From positions 1 to 36,616 of the forward strand of contig DAHXLI010000028.1 in assembly GCA_027366075.1 (NCBI GenBank): a DNA stretch of 36,616 bases. The letters are read 5' to 3'. Positions 1 through 8,770 of this stretch are shown here, one piece after another. How positions within the stretch are numbered: position 1 is the first letter of the stretch; each line of letters begins with the position of its first letter. The stretch is from Candidatus Parvarchaeota archaeon (GTDB lineage Archaea > Nanobdellota > Nanobdellia > Parvarchaeales > Parvarchaeaceae). Under the pieces are notes generated by a model, which did not search any database, had not been told where the DNA came from, and saw nothing but the letters and a program-made list of their open reading frames with translations. The position numbers were made by a program, and so were the translations under genes.

Positions 1-657
1 ATAGGTAGCATAGACGCTATAAAGAAAATCGGAGCTACAAACGGTATAGAAATAGGAAAAACAAAGATAGGCGAACCTTCAAAAAACGATATAACGACCG
101 CAAGACTGAATAATAATGTAATATTATGCTTTAATGTACCAATCCAAAGACAAACAGAAATACTTGCGAAGTCAGAAGCCGTCACTATAATAAACACCAA
201 TTCTATATACGAACTTTTTGAAAGATATTCTACATTTATACAGGATGTAAACAAAAGACGTTTTGAAGCACGCACCGCCAATCTAAGACTCCCGGCAAAG
301 ATAGTTTTTATAAAAGGGGATATTTTCAGGAGGTCTTCGCCATGCGTATTCGGTGTCGAAGTCTTAGGTGGCGAAATAAGAGCCAACTACCCACTTATTA
401 AGAAAAATGGCGAAAGAATCGGATCAATAGTCGAGATACAAGAAGGCGACAAGAAAAAAGTAGACCGAGCAGTCAAGGGCGAAAAAGTCGCCATAAGCGT
501 CGACAATGCGGTGTATGAAAGGAACCTAAGGGGCGGGGACGTCTTATACACAGATTTAGAGATACAGGACATGATAAAATTCAATGATGTCATAGATCTG
601 TTTACACCAGACTATCAGGAAATACTAAAGGAGATCCAGAAAATAAAGAAAATTTAG
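1..657 (+). CDS. infB: translation initiation factor aIF5B (IF-2), C-terminal part; 5' end outside the window
   Basis: Frame 1 is open from base 1 to TAG at 655-657; it is absent from the ORF track because it has no start codon. The translation IGSIDAIKKIGATNGIEIGKTKIGEPSKNDITTA..VILCFNVPIQ..IINTNSIYELFE..GVEVLGGEIRANYPLIKKNGERIGSIVEIQ has the layout of aIF5B domains III-IV. Confidence 0.85.
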   Translation: MGSIDAIKKIGATNGIEIGKTKIGEPSKNDITTARLNNNVILCFNVPIQRQTEILAKSEAVTIINTNSIYELFERYSTFIQDVNKRRFEARTANLRLPAKIVFIKGDIFRRSSPCVFGVEVLGGEIRANYPLIKKNGERIGSIVEIQEGDKKKVDRAVKGEKVAISVDNAVYERNLRGGDVLYTDLEIQDMIKFNDVIDLFTPDYQEILKEIQKIKKI

Positions 658-1481
658 CCCCAATTCTTTAGTGCATCTTCGTAAAGCGACATGTTGTCAC
701 AAGGGAACCACTGCCCAGAATATATGAAGCCGTAAAGTTTTCCTCTCTGCGCAAGTTTTGTAAGTAGCTCGGAGCTAATGTTTGATTCTCCGTCCGGTAT
801 CAGGGAGATGGCTAGGGGGTTTAGAAGATATATGCCGGCGTTGACTAGATTTGAACGCTGCTCAGTCTTCGGTTTTTCTATAAAATTCACTACTTTGTCC
901 CCGTCCATCTCCACGACACCGAATTGTGAGATGTCTTTCCGAGTTGTGACCGCTATCGTTGCGAGCGCTTTTCTTTTTTTGTGAAATTCGTACATTTTAG
1001 ACAGATCAAAATCGAACAAGTTGTCACCGTTTATAACGAATGAATCACTTTTGAATAAATTTTGGGCAGCCTTCACTGCACCACCAGTGCCAAGAGCTTT
1101 GCTTTCTTCTATATATCGTATATTTACCCCAAATTTCTCCCCGTCTCCAAAATGATCTCTTATCTTATTGCCAAGATAACCGATAGACAAAACGATCTCG
1201 GTTACTTCAGCTTCTTTTAATTTGTTTATTATATGTTCTAGGATAGGCTTTCCTTTTATCGGAATCATCGCTTTTGGTAATTCGTAAGTTAGAGGTCTAA
1301 GCCTAGTGCCCTTTCCGCCAGCAAGCACGAATGCCATCGGCCTTTCTGCAGGCTTAAAGTGGTCTCTCAAGATGGTCTCTACAGCATTAGAACGATTAGT
1401 TATGTCCGTACCGTCTACAAGCTTATCTACCTCGCTAAGAATATTTGGAGTTAGAGTTATTGTTACGCGCGCTTTCTTCAT
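654..1481 (-). CDS. sugar-1-phosphate nucleotidyltransferase with an N-terminal ribbon-helix-helix (CopG-like) domain
   Basis: The N-terminus MKKARVTITLTPNILSEVDKLVDG..NRSNAVETILRDHF has an RHH pattern. It is followed by FVLAGGKGTRLRPLTYELPKAMIPIKGKPILEHII, the G-x-G-T-R-L signature of the RmlA/GlmU/ManC-type NTP-transferase fold. Confidence 0.85.
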   Translation of the reverse strand: MKKARVTITLTPNILSEVDKLVDGTDITNRSNAVETILRDHFKPAERPMAFVLAGGKGTRLRPLTYELPKAMIPIKGKPILEHIINKLKEAEVTEIVLSIGYLGNKIRDHFGDGEKFGVNIRYIEESKALGTGGAVKAAQNLFKSDSFVINGDNLFDFDLSKMYEFHKKRKALATIAVTTRKDISQFGVVEMDGDKVVNFIEKPKTEQRSNLVNAGIYLLNPLAISLIPDGESNISSELLTKLAQRGKLYGFIYSGQWFPCDNMSLYEDALKNWG

Positions 1482-1526
1482 ACAAAGTATGAATATATCA
1501 TACTATTTAAGGCTATCGTTTTTACA

Positions 1527-2669
1527 TCATCTTGTATCAAGTATGGTTTTTATGCCCCTGTCAAAATTCTTCAGAAAACTTTCGCTATCGTATCTAGGGG
1601 ATGCAATGGCCCCTTTTTTTAGTTTCAAATAAAGTTTCTTATCAACGATGCTGTCCAAAGCTTTCCCTATCTCTTTAGGGTCGGCATTTACAAGAAGGCC
1701 GTTTACGCCATTTTTTATAAATTCTTTAGGCCCGCCTTCGTCTACAGAAATGACCGGTTTGCCGTAACTCAGTGATTCTAGCGGCACAAGACCGGTGTCC
1801 TCGTTTATTGCAAGGAATATCGTTGCGTAGCAGTCTCTATAAAGCTCCTTAAGTTCTTCTTCTGATAAGTTCGTCTTTAAGATTATGTTCTTATCACTGC
1901 CCACGGCGGCTTCAAGCTCCCTAAAGTACTTTTTATCTTCTACAAAACCGCCAAGCACAAGTTTGAATCCACGTTTTGGCAGCTCAGACGCCCTAAAAGA
2001 GGCAACAGCTAGGTCCTGCCGCTTGTAGTTTATGAACCTACTGGGGTAGAATATAATCTTCTTATGAGTTACACTTCTGTGTACTTTCGAATAATCTGCA
2101 CACGGCCCTAGTTTTATTATGTCCGTAGCTTTGATAAGGTGGTAATCCAAGAGTCTGTTTCTTACTTCGTCACTTAAAACCATGGCGTATCTTATTTTTC
2201 TCCAAGCGCGTTTTTCTAGAAATCTATAAACATGAACCATCACGGGCAGAATCAAACGATACGTATAAGATTCATTTTTGTAATAATCATACATGCTATG
2301 CGCTGCACGAAGTGGAGTGTGCGTAAGTGCAATAGTCTTTTTGTGATGGTTTCTGAAGACCGCGAACTCCGTTATTCCCGCGGTCGATATTATAAAAGCG
2401 TCATATTTATCAAGGTCTTTTATTTCTGTAGCAAGAAGGTTACGGAATAATCTTAAACCTTTGGTAATAAAAGCGCCATCGCCCCGTTTCCCCACTTCAA
2501 ATATCTTGAAATTTTGAAGTTCTTTGAAAGTCTTTTCTTTTTGGTAAGAGAACGTGTATACGTCTATGTCATATTTCTTGTCCTTCAGCAAAGTCAATAC
2601 AACCCGCTCCGCCCCACCTTTGCTTTTTATCCAAGGCACCAATAGGGCAAGTCTTGGTTTTTTCACCAT
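1527..2669 (-). CDS. glycosyltransferase, GT-B fold (GT4-like)
   Basis: 380 aa. The C-terminal region EDTGLVPLESLSYGKPVISVDEGGPKEFIKNGVNGLLV matches the E-x7-E / GT1-GT4 donor-binding region. Confidence 0.85.
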   Translation of the reverse strand: MVKKPRLALLVPWIKSKGGAERVVLTLLKDKKYDIDVYTFSYQKEKTFKELQNFKIFEVGKRGDGAFITKGLRLFRNLLATEIKDLDKYDAFIISTAGITEFAVFRNHHKKTIALTHTPLRAAHSMYDYYKNESYTYRLILPVMVHVYRFLEKRAWRKIRYAMVLSDEVRNRLLDYHLIKATDIIKLGPCADYSKVHRSVTHKKIIFYPSRFINYKRQDLAVASFRASELPKRGFKLVLGGFVEDKKYFRELEAAVGSDKNIILKTNLSEEELKELYRDCYATIFLAINEDTGLVPLESLSYGKPVISVDEGGPKEFIKNGVNGLLVNADPKEIGKALDSIVDKKLYLKLKKGAIASPRYDSESFLKNFDRGIKTILDTR

Positions 2670-2707
2670 ATTATTATGATTTACACTTCGAAGTATTTAT
2701 AATCCAA

Positions 2708-3418
2708 TTATGTGTAGAAGCAAGAAGGTGCTACGACATTGCCCCCCGTCTGCGTTGAGAAGACGTCTATTATCGCTTCTGGGGGGATGGTATTATGTAG
2801 ATATAATTCTCCTGTCGCCGCGCCACAGTTTGAGGTAGGATAAACACCCGAAGCGCCAATCGTGCTGTTTATGTATGCGCCAGCCGAAGTAAACATAGTT
2901 ATGTTATATGCGGCGGGAAAAGCGATATATTTGTTGTTGAAGATAGTGAGGTTGTAACACAGATAACTCCCGCTGTAAGAGTAAGAATAATTTATGTAGG
3001 TAACTGGAGAATCAAAGCCTATTTCGACTATGCCAGTCTGGTTATACCTGGCGTACATGACATAATTCCCAGATGTCGCTGGCAGTACACCTTCAAGCTT
3101 TACTTCCGCCCGGCCTATTGAAGAATATTGCGGAGACGTGATTTTTATATAGTCACCACAGAAAAACGAGTTTAGCGTCTGTATCGTAGGAAAATCTATC
3201 GTAAAAGAAGTCTTTGAACCTATCCCTTCCGAAAATACATAGTTTGCCTGCTGCACTATTGAACTGGTTATAGTTGATAACTGGTCATTATTAGACTCGG
3301 TTGTATAACTGGAGTAATAAACCAGCACGTACGCGATAAATACGGCGATTATGCTAAGCGCAATGCCGGTAATAACGAGATATTCCGTAGCGAATTGCGC
3401 CTTTTTATTTATATGCAT
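2708..3418 (-). CDS. class III signal peptide (type IV pilin-like) protein
   Basis: The N-terminus MHINKKA-QFATEYLVITGIALSIIAVFIAYVLV shows a basic leader, A/G at -1, Q at +1, E at +5, then a hydrophobic helix. The body is rich in Ser/Thr/Tyr/Asn and has 4 Cys. Confidence 0.7.
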   Translation of the reverse strand: MHINKKAQFATEYLVITGIALSIIAVFIAYVLVYYSSYTTESNNDQLSTITSSIVQQANYVFSEGIGSKTSFTIDFPTIQTLNSFFCGDYIKITSPQYSSIGRAEVKLEGVLPATSGNYVMYARYNQTGIVEIGFDSPVTYINYSYSYSGSYLCYNLTIFNNKYIAFPAAYNITMFTSAGAYINSTIGASGVYPTSNCGAATGELYLHNTIPPEAIIDVFSTQTGGNVVAPSCFYT

Positions 3419-3484
3419 CTTATACTTACTAATCGCGGAGATTTAAGACTTAAGTTAATTAGAATAAGTCTTTTTCCTAGACAT

Positions 3485-4204
3485 ATGAAAGAAATAATAA
3501 AACCGGTGCACCTCCAGCTAAAAAAAGGCGACGTATCAAAATGCGTTTTAATAACCGGTGATCCAGCTCGCGTAGCCGAAATATCAACGTTGCTAGACGC
3601 CCCGAGATTAATAAACACTTACCGGTATTGCGTTTACACGGGAAAATATAAAGGAAAAACTGTAACTTTAGCATCTCACGGGATGGGTGCACCATCTATA
3701 GCTATCGCGGTCGAGGAGTTACACGCGCTTGGGGGAGAATCGTTCATCAGATTTGGAACTTGCGGAGGCCTGACTAAAGGACAGAAAAGAGGCGATTTAG
3801 TAATCCCAGATTCGGCGCATTTCCTGAAGGGAGGAACTATCGGAGAGTACATCGGTAATTCAAATAAACCCGAAAAACCAGATCGACGACTTGAAAGCCT
3901 TCTCTTAAAGAATGTAAATGAAAGTGGTATAGCGTATACAAATGGTCCGGTATTTTCAATTGACGCCTTTTACAAGGAGAAGGAGTCGATTTCTAGGTTT
4001 AAAGGCGTTAATTTTGCCGGGGTAGAGATGGAATGTGCCACGCTTTTCATGCTGGCAAGAGTGCGCAAGTTTAAAGCGGCCGCGCTCCTACTGGTAGTTG
4101 ATAATCCAAGATATAACATGCCTTTTTTGCCTATACAAACAATACGTGAGCTCGGCAAAGATTCAGCGTCATTAGTGCTTGATACCTTGGCCGGCTTTAA
4201 ATAG
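3485..4204 (+). CDS. nucleoside phosphorylase, PNP/UDP family 1 (uridine or purine nucleoside phosphorylase)
   Basis: Motifs ITGDPARVAEIS, SHGMGAPSIAIAVEEL, RFGTCGGL and VEMECATLF. I chose the start at ATG 3485 (MKEIIKPVHL) rather than the track start 3395, which overlaps the upstream divergent gene. Confidence 0.85.
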   Translation: MKEIIKPVHLQLKKGDVSKCVLITGDPARVAEISTLLDAPRLINTYRYCVYTGKYKGKTVTLASHGMGAPSIAIAVEELHALGGESFIRFGTCGGLTKGQKRGDLVIPDSAHFLKGGTIGEYIGNSNKPEKPDRRLESLLLKNVNESGIAYTNGPVFSIDAFYKEKESISRFKGVNFAGVEMECATLFMLARVRKFKAAALLLVVDNPRYNMPFLPIQTIRELGKDSASLVLDTLAGFK

Positions 4205-4232
4205 ATATTAATATAGCATTGCATAAAGATTT

Positions 4233-4694
4233 GTGAAACAAAATTCAAAGCTACATATTAAAAGCAAAAGAATTGTTACCGATTTAGACGGAATTTACTT
4301 GCTTTTTTTTGGGTGGGCAGTCTTGGTCGTATTAATGGCCGTAATCGATGCATTTACGGTCGATCCAAATCTCAGGATATCTGCGTGGCTTGTGCTTTTC
4401 TTTGCCAGCACAGTATTCAGCGTATGGCTGCTTCTTTTGTATCCCGGCCCTTATAGGGACAGAAAAATAACTGCGACTATCGCTACAGTCTTCTTATCAG
4501 GGCTTTTCCTGGGCCTTTATAACGCCGTATGGCAGATATGCATGGGCATAAAACAAAGTCTTAACGTTACCCCGGTGCCTCTTTATCCGTTTCCTTTTAC
4601 CGTCTACGCTCCAGAATGGTATGGTATGATAGCATTAGGTTTCATTTTTATAGGCTTTTCTCTGTATCTACTGCATCTAGAAAAGCACCGTTAA
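4233..4694 (+). CDS. hypothetical integral membrane protein (about 4 TM helices)
   Basis: GTG start. There are four long hydrophobic segments and no recognisable family. Confidence 0.5.
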   Translation: MKQNSKLHIKSKRIVTDLDGIYLLFFGWAVLVVLMAVIDAFTVDPNLRISAWLVLFFASTVFSVWLLLLYPGPYRDRKITATIATVFLSGLFLGLYNAVWQICMGIKQSLNVTPVPLYPFPFTVYAPEWYGMIALGFIFIGFSLYLLHLEKHR

Positions 4695-4762
4695 AAAGAG
4701 TACCGTTGCTGCTATATATAGGGAAGATTTACTAAAAATCGGCATTTTTGAAAAACGATAAC

Positions 4763-4770
4763 TTTATATA
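4763..4770 (+). promoter_or_regulatory. TATA-box-like element upstream of tfb
   Basis: tttatata lies about 40 nt upstream of ATG 4807. Two further TATA-like strings lie at 4712-4720 and 4791-4799. Confidence 0.35.
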
Positions 4771-4806
4771 CGCGTTTTAGTCAATATACCCTATATAAAT
4801 CTTACT

Positions 4807-5730
4807 ATGAAGGTAATTACAAGTAAATCAACCGCGAAATGCCCTTCGTGCGGCAGCGATTCGGTCTTTTATGATAAATCGACCGGTGAGTCGGTGTGCC
4901 AAAAATGCGGCTACGTTCTAGAGAGCGACATGATTGACTATGGTAGAGAATGGCGTTCGTTTGAAGATGAAAGAGACGAAGGCAAGGGAAGGATGGGCTC
5001 TCCTTTAAGTTATGCAAAGTACGATAAGGGTACTAGTACCGTAATAGGTAAAGCAAGCGAGTCCATAAAACTTTCGAATCAAAACAGGCGCACTTTCTAT
5101 AAACTAAGGAAATGGCAGCCAAGAATATCTACAGCATTCGAAAGAAACCTTAAGTTCGCACTTACAGAACTAAGACATGCAAGCAACAGGCTCCACGTCT
5201 CTAATGTTATACAGGAAGAGGCGGCTAAGATGTACCGAGAAGCCATAAGTCGCAGGCTTGTAAGGGGAAGATCCATGGAGAGCGTAATAGCTGGCGCATT
5301 ATACGCTGCTGCAAGGAAATACCAGCGGCCGATAACGCTTGATGAAATCTCCGAAACATTTAACGTCGAAAGAAAAGAGGTAGGAAAAGCCTACCGTCTA
5401 TTATGCAGGGAACTGGGGATAAAGATACTTCCCACATCTCCAAATGATTACATATACAAATTCGCAGCCGAGCTTAAGGTGTCTAATAAAACTGTAGCGG
5501 ACTCCGTAAAGCTCTTAAAAGAAGCAGAGGAGAAAGGGCTTACAAGCGGTAAAGGTCCTATGGGTATAGCGGCAGCGGTACTTTATGTAGCGACTTTGAT
5601 AAACAAGGAAAAAAAGACCCAACGTGATGCGGCGAAGGCGGCAGGTATAACCGAAGTAACAATAAGGAACCGCTACAAAGAACTTTATCAGGCACTAAAC
5701 TTAAGAGAAAGATTCAAGATAGAGGAATAG
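4807..5730 (+). CDS. tfb: transcription initiation factor TFB (TFIIB homologue)
   Basis: It has an N-terminal zinc ribbon CPSCGS..x..CQKCGYV. Two cyclin-like repeats follow, with RGRSMESVIAGALYAAAR and GKGPMGIAAAVLYVA, and the C-terminal TQRDAAKAAGITEVTIRNRYKEL. Confidence 0.95.
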   Translation: MKVITSKSTAKCPSCGSDSVFYDKSTGESVCQKCGYVLESDMIDYGREWRSFEDERDEGKGRMGSPLSYAKYDKGTSTVIGKASESIKLSNQNRRTFYKLRKWQPRISTAFERNLKFALTELRHASNRLHVSNVIQEEAAKMYREAISRRLVRGRSMESVIAGALYAAARKYQRPITLDEISETFNVERKEVGKAYRLLCRELGIKILPTSPNDYIYKFAAELKVSNKTVADSVKLLKEAEEKGLTSGKGPMGIAAAVLYVATLINKEKKTQRDAAKAAGITEVTIRNRYKELYQALNLRERFKIEE

Positions 5731-5734
5731 CCGC

Positions 5735-6250
5735 ATGAAAGACGTCAACTCGAGGCTAGAGATAATTCTGAGCGCTTACAACTCACACAGAAAAGTGGTC
5801 GATTACAGCGCACACATAGACCAAGTGACAAAAACCCAGACGAATTGCCAAGAATGCAAAAGGGTCTCGGGCGAGGTTATGAAAATGTACGCAGACAACG
5901 AACTGACAAATCCTTTGGACGCATTCCACGCAGCAATAATATTACATCACGGCATAGAAAACGAGTACGCCGTGGCAGCAAATGACCTTTGCAAATACGC
6001 AGTAGCTAGGCTCGGCGACAATCACAAAGATATCCGAAGCGCAAGGTGGCTTTATGCGGCCTCTTATGACAGGATGCTTGTTCACGATGGCAAGCTTCAA
6101 AAATTCGGCACACAATTCGTAAAGAACAAAGACGGCAAATTTGAACTGGCCACACCTATCGATTCAGCGACTACAGACGAAGAAAGGGCATGGTACGGAA
6201 TTCCGGCGATAGAAGAGACTCTAAAACGCTTATCCGAGTCATACAGCTGA
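5735..6250 (+). CDS. hypothetical protein
   Basis: 171-aa ORF starting 5 nt after tfb and ending 8 nt before trm1, so probably co-transcribed. No family recognised. Confidence 0.55.
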   Translation: MKDVNSRLEIILSAYNSHRKVVDYSAHIDQVTKTQTNCQECKRVSGEVMKMYADNELTNPLDAFHAAIILHHGIENEYAVAANDLCKYAVARLGDNHKDIRSARWLYAASYDRMLVHDGKLQKFGTQFVKNKDGKFELATPIDSATTDEERAWYGIPAIEETLKRLSESYS

Positions 6251-6257
6251 ATCCAGC

Positions 6258-7301
6258 ATGGAGCTGTTCAAGGAAGGGGCTATAAGCTTTTACGCCGAAA
6301 ACAAACAAACTAGGGATTCCGAGGTTTTCTTTAATCCCTCAAGGGATTTTGACAGGAGTCTAAACATTTTACTTTTCAAAGCACTCGACAGACACGATCT
6401 CACGGGGGTAGACCTATTCGGGGGAAGCGGGATTCGAAGCTTGAGGTTGGCCGCAGAGACCGACGCATTCAAGTCATTTAAAATAAATGACTTAAAGACG
6501 AGCAAAGTGATAAGGAAAAACGTGCTAAAAAACAAAAGCAAGATCCGAGCTAGAATAACGGTCACTTCATTCAACGCGTCGGACATTTATTCTATACAGG
6601 AAGGATATGATTACATCGATATAGACCCGTTCGGTTCGCCCGTAAGATACACGCTACAGGCAATGCCAAAGGTAAAGCGCGGCGGAATCATCGCTCTTAC
6701 AGCGACAGACACGGCCGCGCTTTATGGCAAAGCTAAAAAAGCATGCGCGTTAAAATATGGTTCAAGATCGTTAAAGACTAGTTATTTTAATGAAGTCGGT
6801 TTAAGGATACTAATAAAACGTGCAGAAGAAATAGCAAATCTTTATGAAAGGTCTGTTCACCCGCTGTTTTTTGATGTAAGGCGCCATTATATAAGGACTT
6901 ATCTTTGTGTCTCAAAGGCAAACATAACGAGAGATATAGGCTATATCTATCAATGTTCCAAATGTCCTAACAGAGTGCTGAAGTTCTCCGAAAAATGCTC
7001 ATTTTGCGCTTCGAAGAATATAGAGGTTGGGCCGTTATGGCTCGATAATCTTTTTGATAGGAAACTTGTAAGCAGAATGTTTGACATAGCTCAAGACGAA
7101 GACGCCAAAAAATATCTGGAGATGCTTAAGCAGGAAAAAGACAGCACATCATACTACACCACTACGGAGTTGGCGTCGTATTTAGGGGTGAGAGAGAAAA
7201 AGATAGGTTCGTTAGGCACAAGAACAGTCCTTAACGAAAAGGGTTTTAGATACGATAATGACTTTAAGAAACTGACGGAAGAGTATAAAAAATTAGAGTG
7301 A
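6258..7301 (+). CDS. trm1: tRNA (guanine26-N2)-dimethyltransferase Trm1
   Basis: VFFNPSRDFDRSL, DLFGGSGIRSLR (SAM site), IDIDPFGSP, and a Cys4 cluster CSKCPN..CSFCAS. Confidence 0.9.
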   Translation: MELFKEGAISFYAENKQTRDSEVFFNPSRDFDRSLNILLFKALDRHDLTGVDLFGGSGIRSLRLAAETDAFKSFKINDLKTSKVIRKNVLKNKSKIRARITVTSFNASDIYSIQEGYDYIDIDPFGSPVRYTLQAMPKVKRGGIIALTATDTAALYGKAKKACALKYGSRSLKTSYFNEVGLRILIKRAEEIANLYERSVHPLFFDVRRHYIRTYLCVSKANITRDIGYIYQCSKCPNRVLKFSEKCSFCASKNIEVGPLWLDNLFDRKLVSRMFDIAQDEDAKKYLEMLKQEKDSTSYYTTTELASYLGVREKKIGSLGTRTVLNEKGFRYDNDFKKLTEEYKKLE

Positions 7302-7547
7302 TTTAACATCCTTCGTTATCGCTTGTCCCGGCAGGCCGCGTCTAAACCTTGCAACTACTCGCCCATTGTCGCCGTGGGCCCTTGTTATCACTCCTTTTAT
7401 GGAAGTCTTCGAAAAGGTTACTTCTACCTTTTTACCGATATAATTTTTAGCCTCTTCGCGATTTTTAACATTATCGATCCTTAGTACAGCTTGCTGCAAA
7501 TTCTGGGTCTTTCTCCCCCTTCTGAAAGAAACTACTTTTATTGACAT
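7293..7547 (-). CDS. rpl35ae: 50S ribosomal protein L35Ae
   Basis: 84 aa; ..YIGKKVEV..IKGVITRAHGDNGRVVARFRRGLPGQAI is the L35Ae signature. Confidence 0.9.
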   Translation of the reverse strand: MSIKVVSFRRGRKTQNLQQAVLRIDNVKNREEAKNYIGKKVEVTFSKTSIKGVITRAHGDNGRVVARFRRGLPGQAITKDVKSL

Positions 7548-7550
7548 ATT

Positions 7551-8639
7551 TTATTGTGGCACTGGCTTCATGTATTTATTATCAACATTTGAATCTGTAG
7601 GCCTTAATAAGTCTTTATCTATCGCTGGCTTCGGCAGTCCTTTCTTTTCTCTTAGCCGTTCTATTATGCTAAGAACCTTATCGACTACTTCTTTCGTCGC
7701 TTTCATCTTTCTTGAATATTCGTCACCGGTTATACTCTTAAGTTCGCCGTGGTCGATTTTCTTAAACCACTTTATTACGTCTTCCACCTTTTCTACATCC
7801 TCTTTTGTAAGGACTTTTTCCCTTTCGACGGCGACCGCTAAGAGGTCTTTTCCCACCTCTTTTGGCACCGGCGGCAGGTATCCATATTCCATTAGTAGCG
7901 CTTGCCCGGCGGCTACGACAGCATTATAAAGGTCGAGCGAAAGTTTATTTGTGAGCACATTTTCCGCAAGCATCAATAGCCCTTCGGCATTTTCAATGTT
8001 CGAGTCTATAGATTCTTTTGTCGGGATTATATTCCCAGTCTTGTAAAGCATCTGTATTGGGACGAAATAGCCGGTATCGTATACTGCTACGCCGTCTCTA
8101 AGAAGCGTCAGTATCACAGGGTTTGGCTTTATTATCGAAGCCCAAAATTCGGATAATGGGTATGCCTGTGCGTGTATCTTATCGGAGAAATCCCTTGCAA
8201 TCTCGGCCATCTTGGTAAAAAGTCTATCTTTTAATTGCTCCAAAGTGAATTTTTGTATGTCGGTGTCATCTACTATGAAGGCCACGTCTATGTCAGAAGT
8301 GCTAGTCATCCCAGTCTTCGTCTTTGAACTCCCAAATATTATTATAGCTTTTATATATTTCCTAAAAAGACTCAAAACCCTCAAAAAATATGATCTTATG
8401 CTGTTTGCATCTTTTGTAGGGAGCAGTTTATTCAAAACGTCAAAAGACAAACCAGCAAGCTGCCCTGGCGGTTCTATATGTTCCGTTTTTCCGTCTTCGC
8501 CCACTTCTAAGCCTACAAACGAACCCATATAATCTACTCTTTCATTTAATTCGTCTATTTTAGCGGACAGTGCATCTATCGTAGAAAAAAGTCTATTAAG
8601 CGCTGCCTCGACGGGGTTTACATTTTCAGTTTGATGCAT
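7551..8639 (-). CDS. nucleotidyltransferase-domain protein (pol-beta/MNT superfamily) with an N-terminal coiled coil
   Basis: IIIFGSSKTKTGMTSTSDIDVAFIV is the G-S..D-x-D minimal NTase motif. A helical C-terminal half follows. Confidence 0.65.
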   Translation of the reverse strand: MHQTENVNPVEAALNRLFSTIDALSAKIDELNERVDYMGSFVGLEVGEDGKTEHIEPPGQLAGLSFDVLNKLLPTKDANSIRSYFLRVLSLFRKYIKAIIIFGSSKTKTGMTSTSDIDVAFIVDDTDIQKFTLEQLKDRLFTKMAEIARDFSDKIHAQAYPLSEFWASIIKPNPVILTLLRDGVAVYDTGYFVPIQMLYKTGNIIPTKESIDSNIENAEGLLMLAENVLTNKLSLDLYNAVVAAGQALLMEYGYLPPVPKEVGKDLLAVAVEREKVLTKEDVEKVEDVIKWFKKIDHGELKSITGDEYSRKMKATKEVVDKVLSIIERLREKKGLPKPAIDKDLLRPTDSNVDNKYMKPVPQ

Positions 8640-8738
8640 AGTTTACCTCCAAAAGTTATCAATCTATTTATTTAACTCTATATTTATAATCGCTTATAAA
8701 CATTTCAAAATGATTTTAATTAAATAGGTTTTTAGCAG

Positions 8739-8746
8739 TTTATATA
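8739..8746 (+). promoter_or_regulatory. TATA box for the 8771 gene (near-leaderless spacing)
   Basis: tttatata is centred about 28 nt upstream of ATG 8771, in an AT-rich divergent intergenic region. Confidence 0.4.
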
Positions 8747-8770
8747 TATCTCCTCATCAAATAAGATAAT

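Noticed and set aside
3395-3484. The upstream extension of the nucleoside phosphorylase ORF (track start 3395).
   Set aside because: The extension overlaps the divergent pilin gene start and translates to non-homologous sequence. Homology begins at MKEIIKP (ATG 3485).
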